64,000 nt of DNA, taken from sequence record JX128257; one strand, written 5' to 3'. Below are positions 1 to 8,528 of the stretch, one piece after another (position 1 is the first letter of the stretch; the number at the start of each line of letters is the position of its first letter). The notes beneath the pieces were generated by a model. That model did no database searches. It saw only the letters and a list, made by a program, of their open reading frames with translations, and was not told where the DNA came from. Both the position numbers and the translations under genes were made by a program. Source of the DNA: Escherichia phage ECML-4.

Positions 1-718
1 TAGCGCGGCAAACTGTGCCAAGCTGATGATAGATAGCATTACCCACCACCCACAACGGGGCGTCGAACGGCAACATAGCCAATTCGCTATCATTCCCAGT
101 CTTGAATTCTTGGGTGTTCGTAGCCGTTTGGTGGTACAAAACGTCTTGCCCACTGTAATCATCCACGGCAACATTCCAGCCAAGCGCCAGCATTTCAGCC
201 TTGGACTTCTCGAACTCCTTGGAGTAAGATTCGTTGCGCGACCAGCCGGAATCCCCCGCTTCTTTACCAGAGCGTCCACGGATGCGGGCATCGTACTGAT
301 AGCGGTCTGGATATGCAAAGTACAGCAGCGCCAAAGAATCAATCGGATAGTTCTTGAACATCCATTCAGGACGCCACTTGTCCGACAGCATCAGGGGTTC
401 GCCCTCACACACCAGGGTATATCCCTGAGCCAGCCAACCCTTGACGAGGTCGCGAGCAATATCCCCAGAGCCTGTGGCAGCATGAATGGCGTCCATAGAG
501 GTCCAAGACGCCAGGCCGGATTTATTGGACACTGTGTATTGGCCGACGAAGATTAACTTCAGCTCTTCAAATTTCAGGCCGAAGGGGCGCGTCTTATCCC
601 CAACAGTGTACGACAATTCAGTCGGCTTCAGCTTAGTGCGGAGCCACTCGATGAACTGTACGACACGAGTGCCTTTACCCGTGCCGCTGGTTCCTTTGAT
701 TACGATGATCTTTGCCAT
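1..718 (-). CDS. P-loop NTPase / putative nucleotide or DNA-base kinase (3-prime partial, runs off window start)
   Basis: Reverse translation from ATG at 718-716 gives MAKIIVIKGTSGTGKGTRVVQFIEWL... with a Walker A motif (GTSGTGKGT). TAATG overlap with the upstream gene stop. The + strand ORF 26..556 in the track is judged to be its shadow. Confidence 0.5.
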   Translation of the reverse strand, partial: MAKIIVIKGTSGTGKGTRVVQFIEWLRTKLKPTELSYTVGDKTRPFGLKFEELKLIFVGQYTVSNKSGLASWTSMDAIHAATGSGDIARDLVKGWLAQGYTLVCEGEPLMLSDKWRPEWMFKNYPIDSLALLYFAYPDRYQYDARIRGRSGKEAGDSGWSRNESYSKEFEKSKAEMLALGWNVAVDDYSGQDVLYHQTATNTQEFKTGNDSELAMLPFDAPLWVVGNAIYHQLGTVCRA

Positions 719-1023
719 TATGCAGCATCCTCAATGCGCCAACTCACTCCACCCAACCAAGGTGCCCAAAACACGGCAACTTGCGGATGACCATTCTCAA
801 CAAACTTCACTTTATACTGGTCATCAAAGTTATAGAAAATTTCGTCGTCATCAGGTGCCATACCGTTTTCAATCAGAACTCGTTTTAATTCCAACGCTGC
901 GCCAACGGAAGTTGGTGGATTCTGATTACGGATGAAGTTGTTTACATGGATAATGATACCATCCATATCACTGTCACCGGAACGCTTGTCAGGGCTTTCT
1001 ACAACTTTATTTTGTTCTTGCAC
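718..1023 (-). CDS. hypothetical protein (101 aa)
   Basis: Complete ORF tightly packed between two minus-strand genes; no recognisable motif. Confidence 0.45.
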   Translation of the reverse strand: MQEQNKVVESPDKRSGDSDMDGIIIHVNNFIRNQNPPTSVGAALELKRVLIENGMAPDDDEIFYNFDDQYKVKFVENGHPQVAVFWAPWLGGVSWRIEDAA

Positions 1024-1032
1024 GATGTGCTC

Positions 1033-1815
1033 CTATCGGACATATTGATAATGAGAAACCAGGCGATTCACCACTTCATCGAGGTTACGATTTAAGAAGT
1101 CAAAGTGGTTTTGGCCTTCTACATGCTTAATATAAAGCATATCCTCGCAATTCGAAAGATCCAGTTTTTCATAATTGCCCTGAGGGACGAAGATGACGAA
1201 GATGTTATTCAGGGCACACGGCTCAACATACTTCGGATTGTCGTCGATCAGGACATCGCCAGCAAGCAGATGCTTTTCATCCGTGCTCACGAACCCATTA
1301 ATCAACGATTCAAAGTGATGGTATATGAACTGACGCTTGCTGCGTTCGTGTTCCGGTTCGCATTTTGTAACTGCCACCATTTCCACTTGCTCAAACTTCT
1401 GAAGGAGAGCGGCCTTTAAATTCGTAAGGAATTCAACAGCCCCTGGCAGTGGTGACATTCTGGAATACAGATCAGGCATACGCCACCAATCCATCGGATC
1501 ACGTCCTGTTGGCGAATCCATCCACTGACCAGCAACGAATACACGGCGCGTTAACCAGGCCGGATGCGCGCGTTCACGCATGAGGATCGCCAGATCACCA
1601 GCGTGTGACATATAACACTCTTTGGTGATTGGTTGAAATTCAGATGGGTAGTCGTGACATCCCATATTTTCCGCAGCGGCTTTAGAATTAGAAATATTGA
1701 ACCATTCAACCCACGGCGATAGGGAATCAACCAGAGTCAAATCCACATCCACCAGAACGCGATATAACCCGCCAATTTTAGAACATGCGTCATACAGACC
1801 AACGTGATTATTCAT
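1033..1815 (-). CDS. HAD-superfamily phosphatase-like protein
   Basis: ORF 1033..1875 in track; preferred start at 1815 (MNNHVGLYD...) preceded by GGAG. Motif VLVDVDLTLVD matches HAD motif I (DxDxT). Confidence 0.5.
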   Translation of the reverse strand: MNNHVGLYDACSKIGGLYRVLVDVDLTLVDSLSPWVEWFNISNSKAAAENMGCHDYPSEFQPITKECYMSHAGDLAILMRERAHPAWLTRRVFVAGQWMDSPTGRDPMDWWRMPDLYSRMSPLPGAVEFLTNLKAALLQKFEQVEMVAVTKCEPEHERSKRQFIYHHFESLINGFVSTDEKHLLAGDVLIDDNPKYVEPCALNNIFVIFVPQGNYEKLDLSNCEDMLYIKHVEGQNHFDFLNRNLDEVVNRLVSHYQYVR

Positions 1816-2152
1816 CAGATTTCTCCACATTGTCATAACCCGTTGCGGTGCATTGTTCTTCAGTGCAATCGGCATACAGAACCACAGAAGATTCCTTCAC
1901 GTAAGTGGTACAGTGATAGGTTTCATCTTCCTGGATGGAATCATCATAATTGCAAACAGTTTGCAACGGACCAGGAGTGGTGTTGTCCAAAGCTGCATGT
2001 GCCTTGATGGTGTCTTCCATCTTATTCACCGCTTGCTGATTGGTGAACGTCGGCGCATCGAGGTCAACAGTAGACGCAACGTCCAGAAGGGTAGAGCATG
2101 CAGTGGTAGAGAAAGCCAGAGCACACACCAGAAGAATCTTATTGAGTTTCAT
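1808..2152 (-). CDS. small secreted protein / putative lipoprotein
   Basis: Start at 2152 (MKLNKILLVCALAFSTTACS...) with AGGT RBS; N-terminal signal-peptide-like hydrophobic segment ending in Cys. Confidence 0.45.
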   Translation of the reverse strand: MKLNKILLVCALAFSTTACSTLLDVASTVDLDAPTFTNQQAVNKMEDTIKAHAALDNTTPGPLQTVCNYDDSIQEDETYHCTTYVKESSVVLYADCTEEQCTATGYDNVEKSDE

Positions 2153-2212
2153 AACAATACCTGTTGTCAAAGGGATAACAGGGGGAATTATATCCCCCTT
2201 TGTTTTATTGAA

Positions 2213-5209
2213 TCAACCTTTCTTGCCCATCATGGACAACAGATTAACTCGACGTTTGTGAGACCAACCAACCACGTCTAGAATAGACTGAATCGGCTCT
2301 ATGAAGGTCTTTTCAAACGTGGTGTGGTAATCTACCCACTTATCCAGCCCCAACTCCGGAGGGAGGAAGTCAGGGAAGGCTATGCGGTCGTTCCCCACAG
2401 GGTTCCCAGGTTTCAGGTTAATGATTTTAACCTTATCGCCAGATTCTATCGGCGGGAGACCGAGGTCTTCATGCTTGTCTATCAGCTTGTTGTACATAAT
2501 ACAAGCCTTGGCAGCAAAGTGTGTGCCACTGATATAATTTCCGTTGCCGTCTAACCACTTCTCAATATCACTAACGCCAGAGGCTTGAGCAATATCATCC
2601 ACGGTTAATTCCATATATTCCTTCTTATAACCCGCGATCAATTCCTGAACTTCAGCCTCCGTCCCCAGCAGAACTTTCTCATAGCATTTAACCAGACGCT
2701 CACGACACCATTCCGGCGTTGTAGATTTACGCGCTTCCAGACCTTTGAATTTTATCTTTGGCTTCTCATACTTGATGCCTTCGCTATCGTATACTGCCAT
2801 GCAATACATCTTCTTGGCTCGCCATACAGCAGACGATGCGATGACCTCACGTTCCCAGACCATGCGCTGCTCAAACCCGTTCATGGTATTACACAACAAC
2901 TGCGCCCATTCACTGGTTTTTGGCTGGTAATTCTCTTTGATCCATTGGTCAATGTTATCAACGAGTTTGTGATGATCCTTTTCTTCAGGCCACAATTGCT
3001 TGACCAGACGTTCAATGCAAATGTAGTTGGAGTCAGTATCACCCGCGATAACAAAATCCTGACCAGTAGTGCCGCAAAGTTTGTTCAGATAATCATCGGT
3101 GTGGCGTTTGTTCCATTTGTTGATCAGCTGGCCGGAAGTGGTGATTGCTTCAGCGATGTTGATGTTGAAGTATTCTTTAAACCAGACGTTGGAGATTGCG
3201 CCATAACCTGCGTTCATCAAGATCTTCAGACCTTGTTGTAACGTGTCTTGAGCAACCCCCAGATCTTCCCACTTGTGCATGACTTCAGTCAGGTGATCAA
3301 GATCGATGTGCTTGTGTTCTTCATACCATTCAGGATCGTAGAAACGAGACTTCATGGCGGATTCAAGGTGGAAATCACCTTTAGACATTTCCTTACACCA
3401 ACCAGCCCATTGCTCATACTTCAGGCCAGTTGCTTTCTCTCCTTTACGGTCAGCGTATATGCCTCGCATAATTTCGGAAAGGAAGGACATCTTCTCATTA
3501 CTGAAGAACTGAACGTTCGGGGTAAACGAAACGTTATATCGGCGTAGTGTTTCAAAATGGAATTCGCCCAGCGCGACCAATTCATCAACAACTTGTATGC
3601 GTTCATCAATAGCACGCTGCAACTTGTCGTGAAGATTTTTGAGATGACGACGTTTATTCATCGGCGTTGTCATATCATTCATCGCTTTGGTCAATTCCTC
3701 ACACATGGCCTCAATAATATCACGGCGGGTGTGCTTATCAGAAACGATAGTCTCTGGACCAAGGTTGTATTGCTGTATGATGTGGGGATACAGGGAGTTT
3801 AAGTCCTCAGAGAAGACCCAGAAATATATCCCTGGTGCAACCTCCATGACATATGCGCCTTCAAAATCTGTTGGCCCATCATAGACGCGCTGGATTTTCG
3901 GGACAATCCCCTTCTCATAAAGACGATAATAACACATCGCCAGCCACGGCGCTACAGTGCCGAGACCGTCTTCATAGTTGGATTTAGTGCGATAAGCCAA
4001 TACAAACATCAGCTGTATCAAACGCAGTTTTTGTTCTAAGCGCCACACCAGCTTGACGTCTTTGATACCATATCGCGTATGCTTGCAATAATCATTGAAA
4101 TAAAGGTCATACAATGATTTGCTTTCACTATAATCCAACTTCTTCTCACCGAGTTCACAATAAGCGATCCAGTCCAGTGAGTATTTTTCACGGGTGGTGT
4201 AAGTGTGTTTCTTGTACACTTGCATGTAGTCCATCATTGGACAACCCACAAACTGATAAGACGTGACGTCGCCTTTACGGTCTTTGATGAAACGTTTCTT
4301 CAGTTTACCCCAAGGACTGAGACGTTGGGCTTCAGATTCACCAAGAACCTGCGTAATTCGTTCAACCAAATAGGGGCTATCGAACGTTTCAATGTTCCAC
4401 CCAGTCCAACCGTCAAATTGACGCTGCGACCAGTAATCCAAGAAGGCGCGAAGCAGATCTTGTTCCGTCGTATATTCTTTATATTCAACCTCAAGACCGC
4501 CGACTTCTTCATCATTGGGGTCATATTTGAATTTATGGCGATCCTTGGAACACGGCATGCCCCAGACATAGAATTTATTGGTATTCATATCTTGGAGCTG
4601 TATCAGCGTAATAGGGAACGCCGCATTCATGTTCTGTGTGATTTTACCGTTACTGTCAATTATAGGGAATTGGTCAGTCACGTTGTTGGAAATAAAGGAA
4701 CCAGGGAAATGCTCCCGAACGAAATCATGGTTGGCCAGTACTTGCTTATGGAAACGACGAACCCGCGCCTCGCTGCCTTTAAACGTGTGAGATTCAATCG
4801 TTGCGTGTGGGAATGGACCTTTAGTCATTTCTCCGTCACGCCAACCAGCCGAGAACACTTCGATATCCACGTTGGCGATGTGGATATTTGAATAATCAGG
4901 TGTGATCATCCCAGGAAAACTATGGGCGATGAATTGATATGCATAATCCGTTTGTCCATACACCGCAGCCCCTTCGACCTCCTTGTACTCCTCAAGATAG
5001 TTGTCAGCGTCGCGCATTGATGCAAACTTTTTAGACACCAACGGTTCGTTGAGGAGGCCAATCTTTTCAACTTTGGAATAATCAGCTGTGGGTAAATACA
5101 AGGTGGGTTCGAATTTCTTACGCAACATGCGGCGATTGCCGTTGTCGTCTGCGATACGAATCAGAAGGTCGTTACCCTGTCGGGCAACGTTCGTATAGAA
5201 AACAGTCAT
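2213..5209 (-). CDS. DNA polymerase, family B (T4 gp43-like)
   Basis: Motif A DLNSLYPHII and motif C VIAGDTDS present; overall collinear with remembered T4 gp43. Start chosen at ATG 5209 (MTVFYTN) preceded by GGAGACAAACA; track ORF extends to 5311. Confidence 0.93.
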   Translation of the reverse strand: MTVFYTNVARQGNDLLIRIADDNGNRRMLRKKFEPTLYLPTADYSKVEKIGLLNEPLVSKKFASMRDADNYLEEYKEVEGAAVYGQTDYAYQFIAHSFPGMITPDYSNIHIANVDIEVFSAGWRDGEMTKGPFPHATIESHTFKGSEARVRRFHKQVLANHDFVREHFPGSFISNNVTDQFPIIDSNGKITQNMNAAFPITLIQLQDMNTNKFYVWGMPCSKDRHKFKYDPNDEEVGGLEVEYKEYTTEQDLLRAFLDYWSQRQFDGWTGWNIETFDSPYLVERITQVLGESEAQRLSPWGKLKKRFIKDRKGDVTSYQFVGCPMMDYMQVYKKHTYTTREKYSLDWIAYCELGEKKLDYSESKSLYDLYFNDYCKHTRYGIKDVKLVWRLEQKLRLIQLMFVLAYRTKSNYEDGLGTVAPWLAMCYYRLYEKGIVPKIQRVYDGPTDFEGAYVMEVAPGIYFWVFSEDLNSLYPHIIQQYNLGPETIVSDKHTRRDIIEAMCEELTKAMNDMTTPMNKRRHLKNLHDKLQRAIDERIQVVDELVALGEFHFETLRRYNVSFTPNVQFFSNEKMSFLSEIMRGIYADRKGEKATGLKYEQWAGWCKEMSKGDFHLESAMKSRFYDPEWYEEHKHIDLDHLTEVMHKWEDLGVAQDTLQQGLKILMNAGYGAISNVWFKEYFNINIAEAITTSGQLINKWNKRHTDDYLNKLCGTTGQDFVIAGDTDSNYICIERLVKQLWPEEKDHHKLVDNIDQWIKENYQPKTSEWAQLLCNTMNGFEQRMVWEREVIASSAVWRAKKMYCMAVYDSEGIKYEKPKIKFKGLEARKSTTPEWCRERLVKCYEKVLLGTEAEVQELIAGYKKEYMELTVDDIAQASGVSDIEKWLDGNGNYISGTHFAAKACIMYNKLIDKHEDLGLPPIESGDKVKIINLKPGNPVGNDRIAFPDFLPPELGLDKWVDYHTTFEKTFIEPIQSILDVVGWSHKRRVNLLSMMGKKG

Positions 5210-5270
5210 TGTTTGTCTCCGGTTAACCGTGCCGTCAGCACGTCCCCGTAATTTAACCGAGGAACGTTCA

Positions 5271-5861
5271 ATGACCAAGGAGTTTAAAATGGCAATCCCC
5301 TTTGTGAGCATGATTCCAGGGGCGCTAAAGCAACTCTGGAATCTTGGGACTGATTTGGTGCAATATAAGCGGGAAATTGTTCAGGCTAAACACGATGTTA
5401 AACTGGAGGCAATAAAGTCTTCTTCAGAATGGGAACTTTCTAAGATTACCGAAGTCGGCGGATCTTGGAAAGATGAATTCTGGACAATCGTTTTGGCTGT
5501 TCCCGCTATCCTTGTTATGATCGCTCCGGTTGTGGAACTTCTAATGTTCCCCACCGAGTATCATAAAGGGGATTTCATCAAAGCAGTAATTGATGGTATG
5601 CAAGCCCTTGAAACAGCGCCTGATTGGTATACTGCTTCGCTATTGACAGCAATTAGTGCATCATTCGGTATCAAGGGGTACAACCATTACAAAAGCAATA
5701 GCCGGAAGGCGCAAGCTGTGGATGCTCTCAAACAGTTTGGGGTCAAAGTGGTTAACAAAGATCCCACTGTTGTTACTCAGTCGGGTTCTCCCGATCTTGA
5801 GTCTGCTCCCCCAGCTGGGTCTACTGCGACCTCTGGTGCGTGGCCTGATCTGAAGAAATAA
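5271..5861 (+). CDS. putative membrane protein
   Basis: Start ATG 5271 after GAGGAACG RBS; hydrophobic segment FWTIVLAVPAILVMIAPVVELLMF; divergent from the polymerase gene. Confidence 0.5.
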   Translation: MTKEFKMAIPFVSMIPGALKQLWNLGTDLVQYKREIVQAKHDVKLEAIKSSSEWELSKITEVGGSWKDEFWTIVLAVPAILVMIAPVVELLMFPTEYHKGDFIKAVIDGMQALETAPDWYTASLLTAISASFGIKGYNHYKSNSRKAQAVDALKQFGVKVVNKDPTVVTQSGSPDLESAPPAGSTATSGAWPDLKK

Positions 5862-5865
5862 GTTC

Positions 5866-5891
5866 AAGGGGAGGAAACTCCCCTTCTTTTG
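5866..5891 (+). terminator. rho-independent terminator-like hairpin
   Basis: AAGGGGAG-GAAA-CTCCCCTT followed by CTTTTGG, directly after the stop of 5271..5861. Confidence 0.55.
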
Positions 5892-5901
5892 GTGTTAGGG
5901 A

Positions 5902-6114
5902 ATGAAAGTGGTAAACAAGAGATTGCTCGTCACCCAAGGCGGGGCGACGATAGTACGTGGACGGATATATGAACAAACCAAGCTGGGTGATCATAAGACT
6001 CGTCTGACGGTTAAAGCCCCCGACGGCGGTTGGCCAACAAAGGTGATTGTCCCAGACGGCCTCATAGAACGAGGGACGGCGACGTATAAGGGTGCAGAGT
6101 TCAAAATTTATTAA
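5902..6114 (+). CDS. hypothetical protein (70 aa)
   Basis: ORF from track; weak RBS spacing, so existence and start are uncertain. Confidence 0.3.
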   Translation: MKVVNKRLLVTQGGATIVRGRIYEQTKLGDHKTRLTVKAPDGGWPTKVIVPDGLIERGTATYKGAEFKIY

Positions 6115-6131
6115 AATATTTATTGAATAAA

Positions 6132-6160
6132 GTTTACTTCTTCAATAACTGGCGTATACT
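6132..6160 (+). promoter_or_regulatory. T4-early-like sigma70 promoter (GTTTAC-N17-TATACT)
   Basis: GTTTAC at 6132-6137, 17 nt spacer, TATACT at 6155-6160; preceded by palindromic TTATTGAATAA box; about 50 nt upstream of CDS 6210. Confidence 0.5.
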
Positions 6161-6209
6161 TCTAATTGTAGTACGAACAAACAACAATCTGAAGAGAAGG
6201 AAATACATC

Positions 6210-6767
6210 ATGGCAATCGAAATTATCGCTCAATCAAAATCAGGCAAGACTGTAATGTACGGCACTGAAGAAGGCCGCTGTATCATCAACTACGGCACTA
6301 TCACTGGCGAGTCTCCAGAGAAAGGTGGTCGCTATCTGGTTGAGTACGGTTCACGCCTGCTAATGGTAAGCAAAGTCGATGGTCGTGAAATCATGATTCC
6401 TCGTAAAGAATACTTTGACTCACGCTCTGCCGCGATGACTTTCTTCCTCTTCCAGAAACGCCACGAACTCTTCGTTGAAGCGAAAGACGCAGGTCTGGAC
6501 GACGCGACGGCTGAGCTGATTGCCGAAGGTAAAATGACTCTCGAAGCTGCTCTCGGAGACATGGATTGCGAAGCCGAAGCACATTATATTGAATATTCCG
6601 CATATCAGAACGAATGTGAAGATGATCCGGAAGACGACGGATTCGACCCTGACCTCCACGGCGGCGAAGACGATAACACCCCTTCCTTAGAAGTTCTGAT
6701 GGCTGGCGGCCAGGCCGCTTGGGAATGGCAGAACGAGAAGAACGCCTGGCTGGATTCCCGTATCTAA
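6210..6767 (+). CDS. hypothetical protein with acidic C-terminus (185 aa)
   Basis: ATG 6210 preceded by GAAGGAAATACATC; C-terminal region rich in D/E. Confidence 0.55.
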   Translation: MAIEIIAQSKSGKTVMYGTEEGRCIINYGTITGESPEKGGRYLVEYGSRLLMVSKVDGREIMIPRKEYFDSRSAAMTFFLFQKRHELFVEAKDAGLDDATAELIAEGKMTLEAALGDMDCEAEAHYIEYSAYQNECEDDPEDDGFDPDLHGGEDDNTPSLEVLMAGGQAAWEWQNEKNAWLDSRI

Positions 6768-6773
6768 TTGACT

Positions 6774-6800
6774 GAAGCCCCTTCGGGGGCTTACTTTGAA
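6774..6800 (+). terminator. stable tetraloop hairpin (possible terminator or attenuator)
   Basis: AGCCCC-TTCG-GGGGCT directly after the stop at 6767; weak T tract (ACTTTGAA). Confidence 0.4.
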
Positions 6801-6816
6801 CTGAAGGACTATATCA

Positions 6817-6968
6817 TGATTTTAATCTTATGGTTTGTATTCACATTTCTGGCCATGGCCGACATCGGCAAGTATCACGTTCTCCCAAGCGACCTGACCG
6901 TCCTACTATACGGCATAGTTTCGTTTGTGCTGGGTTCCTTGCGCGCCCATATGAGGACTATATCATGA
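6817..6968 (+). CDS. small hydrophobic protein (50 aa)
   Basis: ATG 6817 after AAGGACTATATC; sequence MILILWFVFTFLAMADIG... predicted transmembrane. Confidence 0.4.
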
Positions 6969-7510
6969 GCACCCCAAAAACTCCTGTCCGTATCGCTGTT
7001 GAGCCTCTGCTGGTTGATGCTGAGAATGCTGCTGAGCAGTACGCGAACAAAGTCATCAAGAACATAATGGACGATCTGGCCTCCAACGACTGGGACGTCG
7101 AGAAGTGCGCTCCGTGGCCGTCTTCGGTTGGCGTCAAGTTTGGTGATCCAGATTACCAACGAATGAAATCAAAACACGCACTCTACCGTTCTTTGACCCA
7201 GGCAGTGAATCCTTCTTACACACCTGGGAAGCCGGATATTGTCAAAGCTGATCCTGAGCGCCATGCTCTGTTTGTCAAGGAAGCACGTCGAAACGCCGCG
7301 ATGCAGTATGAGTCTTTCATTTGTAAACTGGAAAACAAAATTGGTGGTCACAGCGCGGCTGTACTGAATGGTTCCCATGTATGGGGTTATTCAATCCTGA
7401 CCGTGACTACACCAGAGGGGATCGAGCGCTGGAAGACTCAGACGATTATCAATGTGTCCAAGCTGGGCAAACTCTTTAACCAATATCCAACGAGGAAGGT
7501 GAAGGAGTAA
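6965..7510 (+). CDS. hypothetical protein (181 aa)
   Basis: ATG 6965 after GAGGACTATATC (same initiation context as the preceding gene); ATGA overlap with upstream stop. Confidence 0.55.
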   Translation: MSTPKTPVRIAVEPLLVDAENAAEQYANKVIKNIMDDLASNDWDVEKCAPWPSSVGVKFGDPDYQRMKSKHALYRSLTQAVNPSYTPGKPDIVKADPERHALFVKEARRNAAMQYESFICKLENKIGGHSAAVLNGSHVWGYSILTVTTPEGIERWKTQTIINVSKLGKLFNQYPTRKVKE

Positions 7511-7521
7511 AATTAGAACAA

Positions 7522-7552
7522 CAAAGGGGCTTAATGCCCCTTTGTTTATTTC
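7522..7552. terminator. bidirectional rho-independent terminator between convergent genes
   Basis: CAAAGGGGC-TTAAT-GCCCCTTTG followed by TTTATTT; lies between the stops of 6965..7510 (+) and 7546..8004 (-). Confidence 0.6.
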
Positions 7553-8004
7553 CCATCCCAAAAGTCGTCTTCATCGTCTACTTCATCAAACGCAGAATCC
7601 AATTCTGCGTCAGAGTACTCTGGTAGACGACCATTCTGTTTCAGATATTCAATTTCGTCATCTTCCAATTGAAGATCCGTTGCTATAAACAGCGCTCCGG
7701 TCTCTTCATCATGTTCAATGCTATAAGACGTATATTCAGAACCCTGAACTGTAATGATGATAGATGTTGGATCTTCTGGATCCACGTGAGCTTCAAACGG
7801 GATACCGTCAATTGGGGCGTCTTCTAAGAATGTTGCAAGGGCTACGGCAGCGCGGACAACATCCGTACCCTGTACCGATGCATAAATTTCTTCTGCGCCC
7901 GTTTCCCCGCGCTCAAAGAATTCAATCGTAGTTCCGTCTTGAACCCCAGTCCAGATAGGCATATCTGCTGGTGTATCGGCTTCAAATAATTTTGAAATTG
8001 GCAT
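7546..8004 (-). CDS. highly acidic protein (152 aa)
   Basis: Very high D/E content throughout (e.g. C-terminal SAFDEVDDEDDFWDGK); last gene of a four-gene minus-strand operon. Confidence 0.6.
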   Translation of the reverse strand: MPISKLFEADTPADMPIWTGVQDGTTIEFFERGETGAEEIYASVQGTDVVRAAVALATFLEDAPIDGIPFEAHVDPEDPTSIIITVQGSEYTSYSIEHDEETGALFIATDLQLEDDEIEYLKQNGRLPEYSDAELDSAFDEVDDEDDFWDGK

Positions 8005-8039
8005 GTTCGTTTCCTCTATGGATAAACCTTATGGGATAT

Positions 8040-8489
8040 TTAGGCTTCTCTCTTCGCCAGCCCTGGTTTGAATACCACCATTTCTTCTACGTTATTGGCA
8101 CTCATAGAGGCTATGGAATCGAATCCTTTATTGATAAGTTCCTTCACATTATCGTGAATCTTACCAGGTTCTATCCCCAACTCACGCATTTTGTTTTCCC
8201 AAACAGAAACGTTATTAGAATCTATTACCAGAGTCTTCTTGGCCTTAACACGAAATGCCATGACAACAGGTTCACCAGATTGACGATAGCGAACGGCGTT
8301 TTCCGCGTAGATCTGCGCTTTTTCTGGATCCCCTGTCAGGTAAAATCCAGCACCCATCGTACCAGAGTCAGTCTGGCCAAATTTTTCAAAATCAAAGACG
8401 TCGAATTCAACATTCGACCCATGATATAAAACAATATCCGTAAAATCGGGCAATGTTGATTCACGATAGAATTCTAGGAAGGTTTTCAT
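8040..8489 (-). CDS. putative ADP-ribosyltransferase-like protein (H-Y-E type, tentative)
   Basis: Ordered motifs LYHGS ... GAGFYLTGD ... EEMVVF resemble the H-G-S / aromatic / catalytic-Glu pattern of PARP and diphtheria-toxin-like ARTs. Motif-level only. Confidence 0.3.
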   Translation of the reverse strand: MKTFLEFYRESTLPDFTDIVLYHGSNVEFDVFDFEKFGQTDSGTMGAGFYLTGDPEKAQIYAENAVRYRQSGEPVVMAFRVKAKKTLVIDSNNVSVWENKMRELGIEPGKIHDNVKELINKGFDSIASMSANNVEEMVVFKPGLAKREA

Positions 8490-8528
8490 GGATACCCCAC
8501 ACTTGCTGTATGGGGTATTTAGGAGGGA

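Noticed and set aside
26-556. Plus-strand 176-aa ORF at the window start
   Set aside because: The opposite strand encodes a protein with a clear Walker A motif starting at 718 and overlapping the next gene by TAATG; the plus-strand ORF has no RBS or motif and is most likely its antisense shadow.
2213-5311. Possible intein or long N-terminal extension in the DNA polymerase (track ORF is 1032 aa, longer than T4 gp43)
   Set aside because: No Cys/Ser ... His-Asn Hint boundaries around the extra residues; the extension comes from an upstream in-frame ATG without an RBS, and the ATG at 5209 has a GGAG RBS. Remaining extra length is in loop regions between polymerase motifs.
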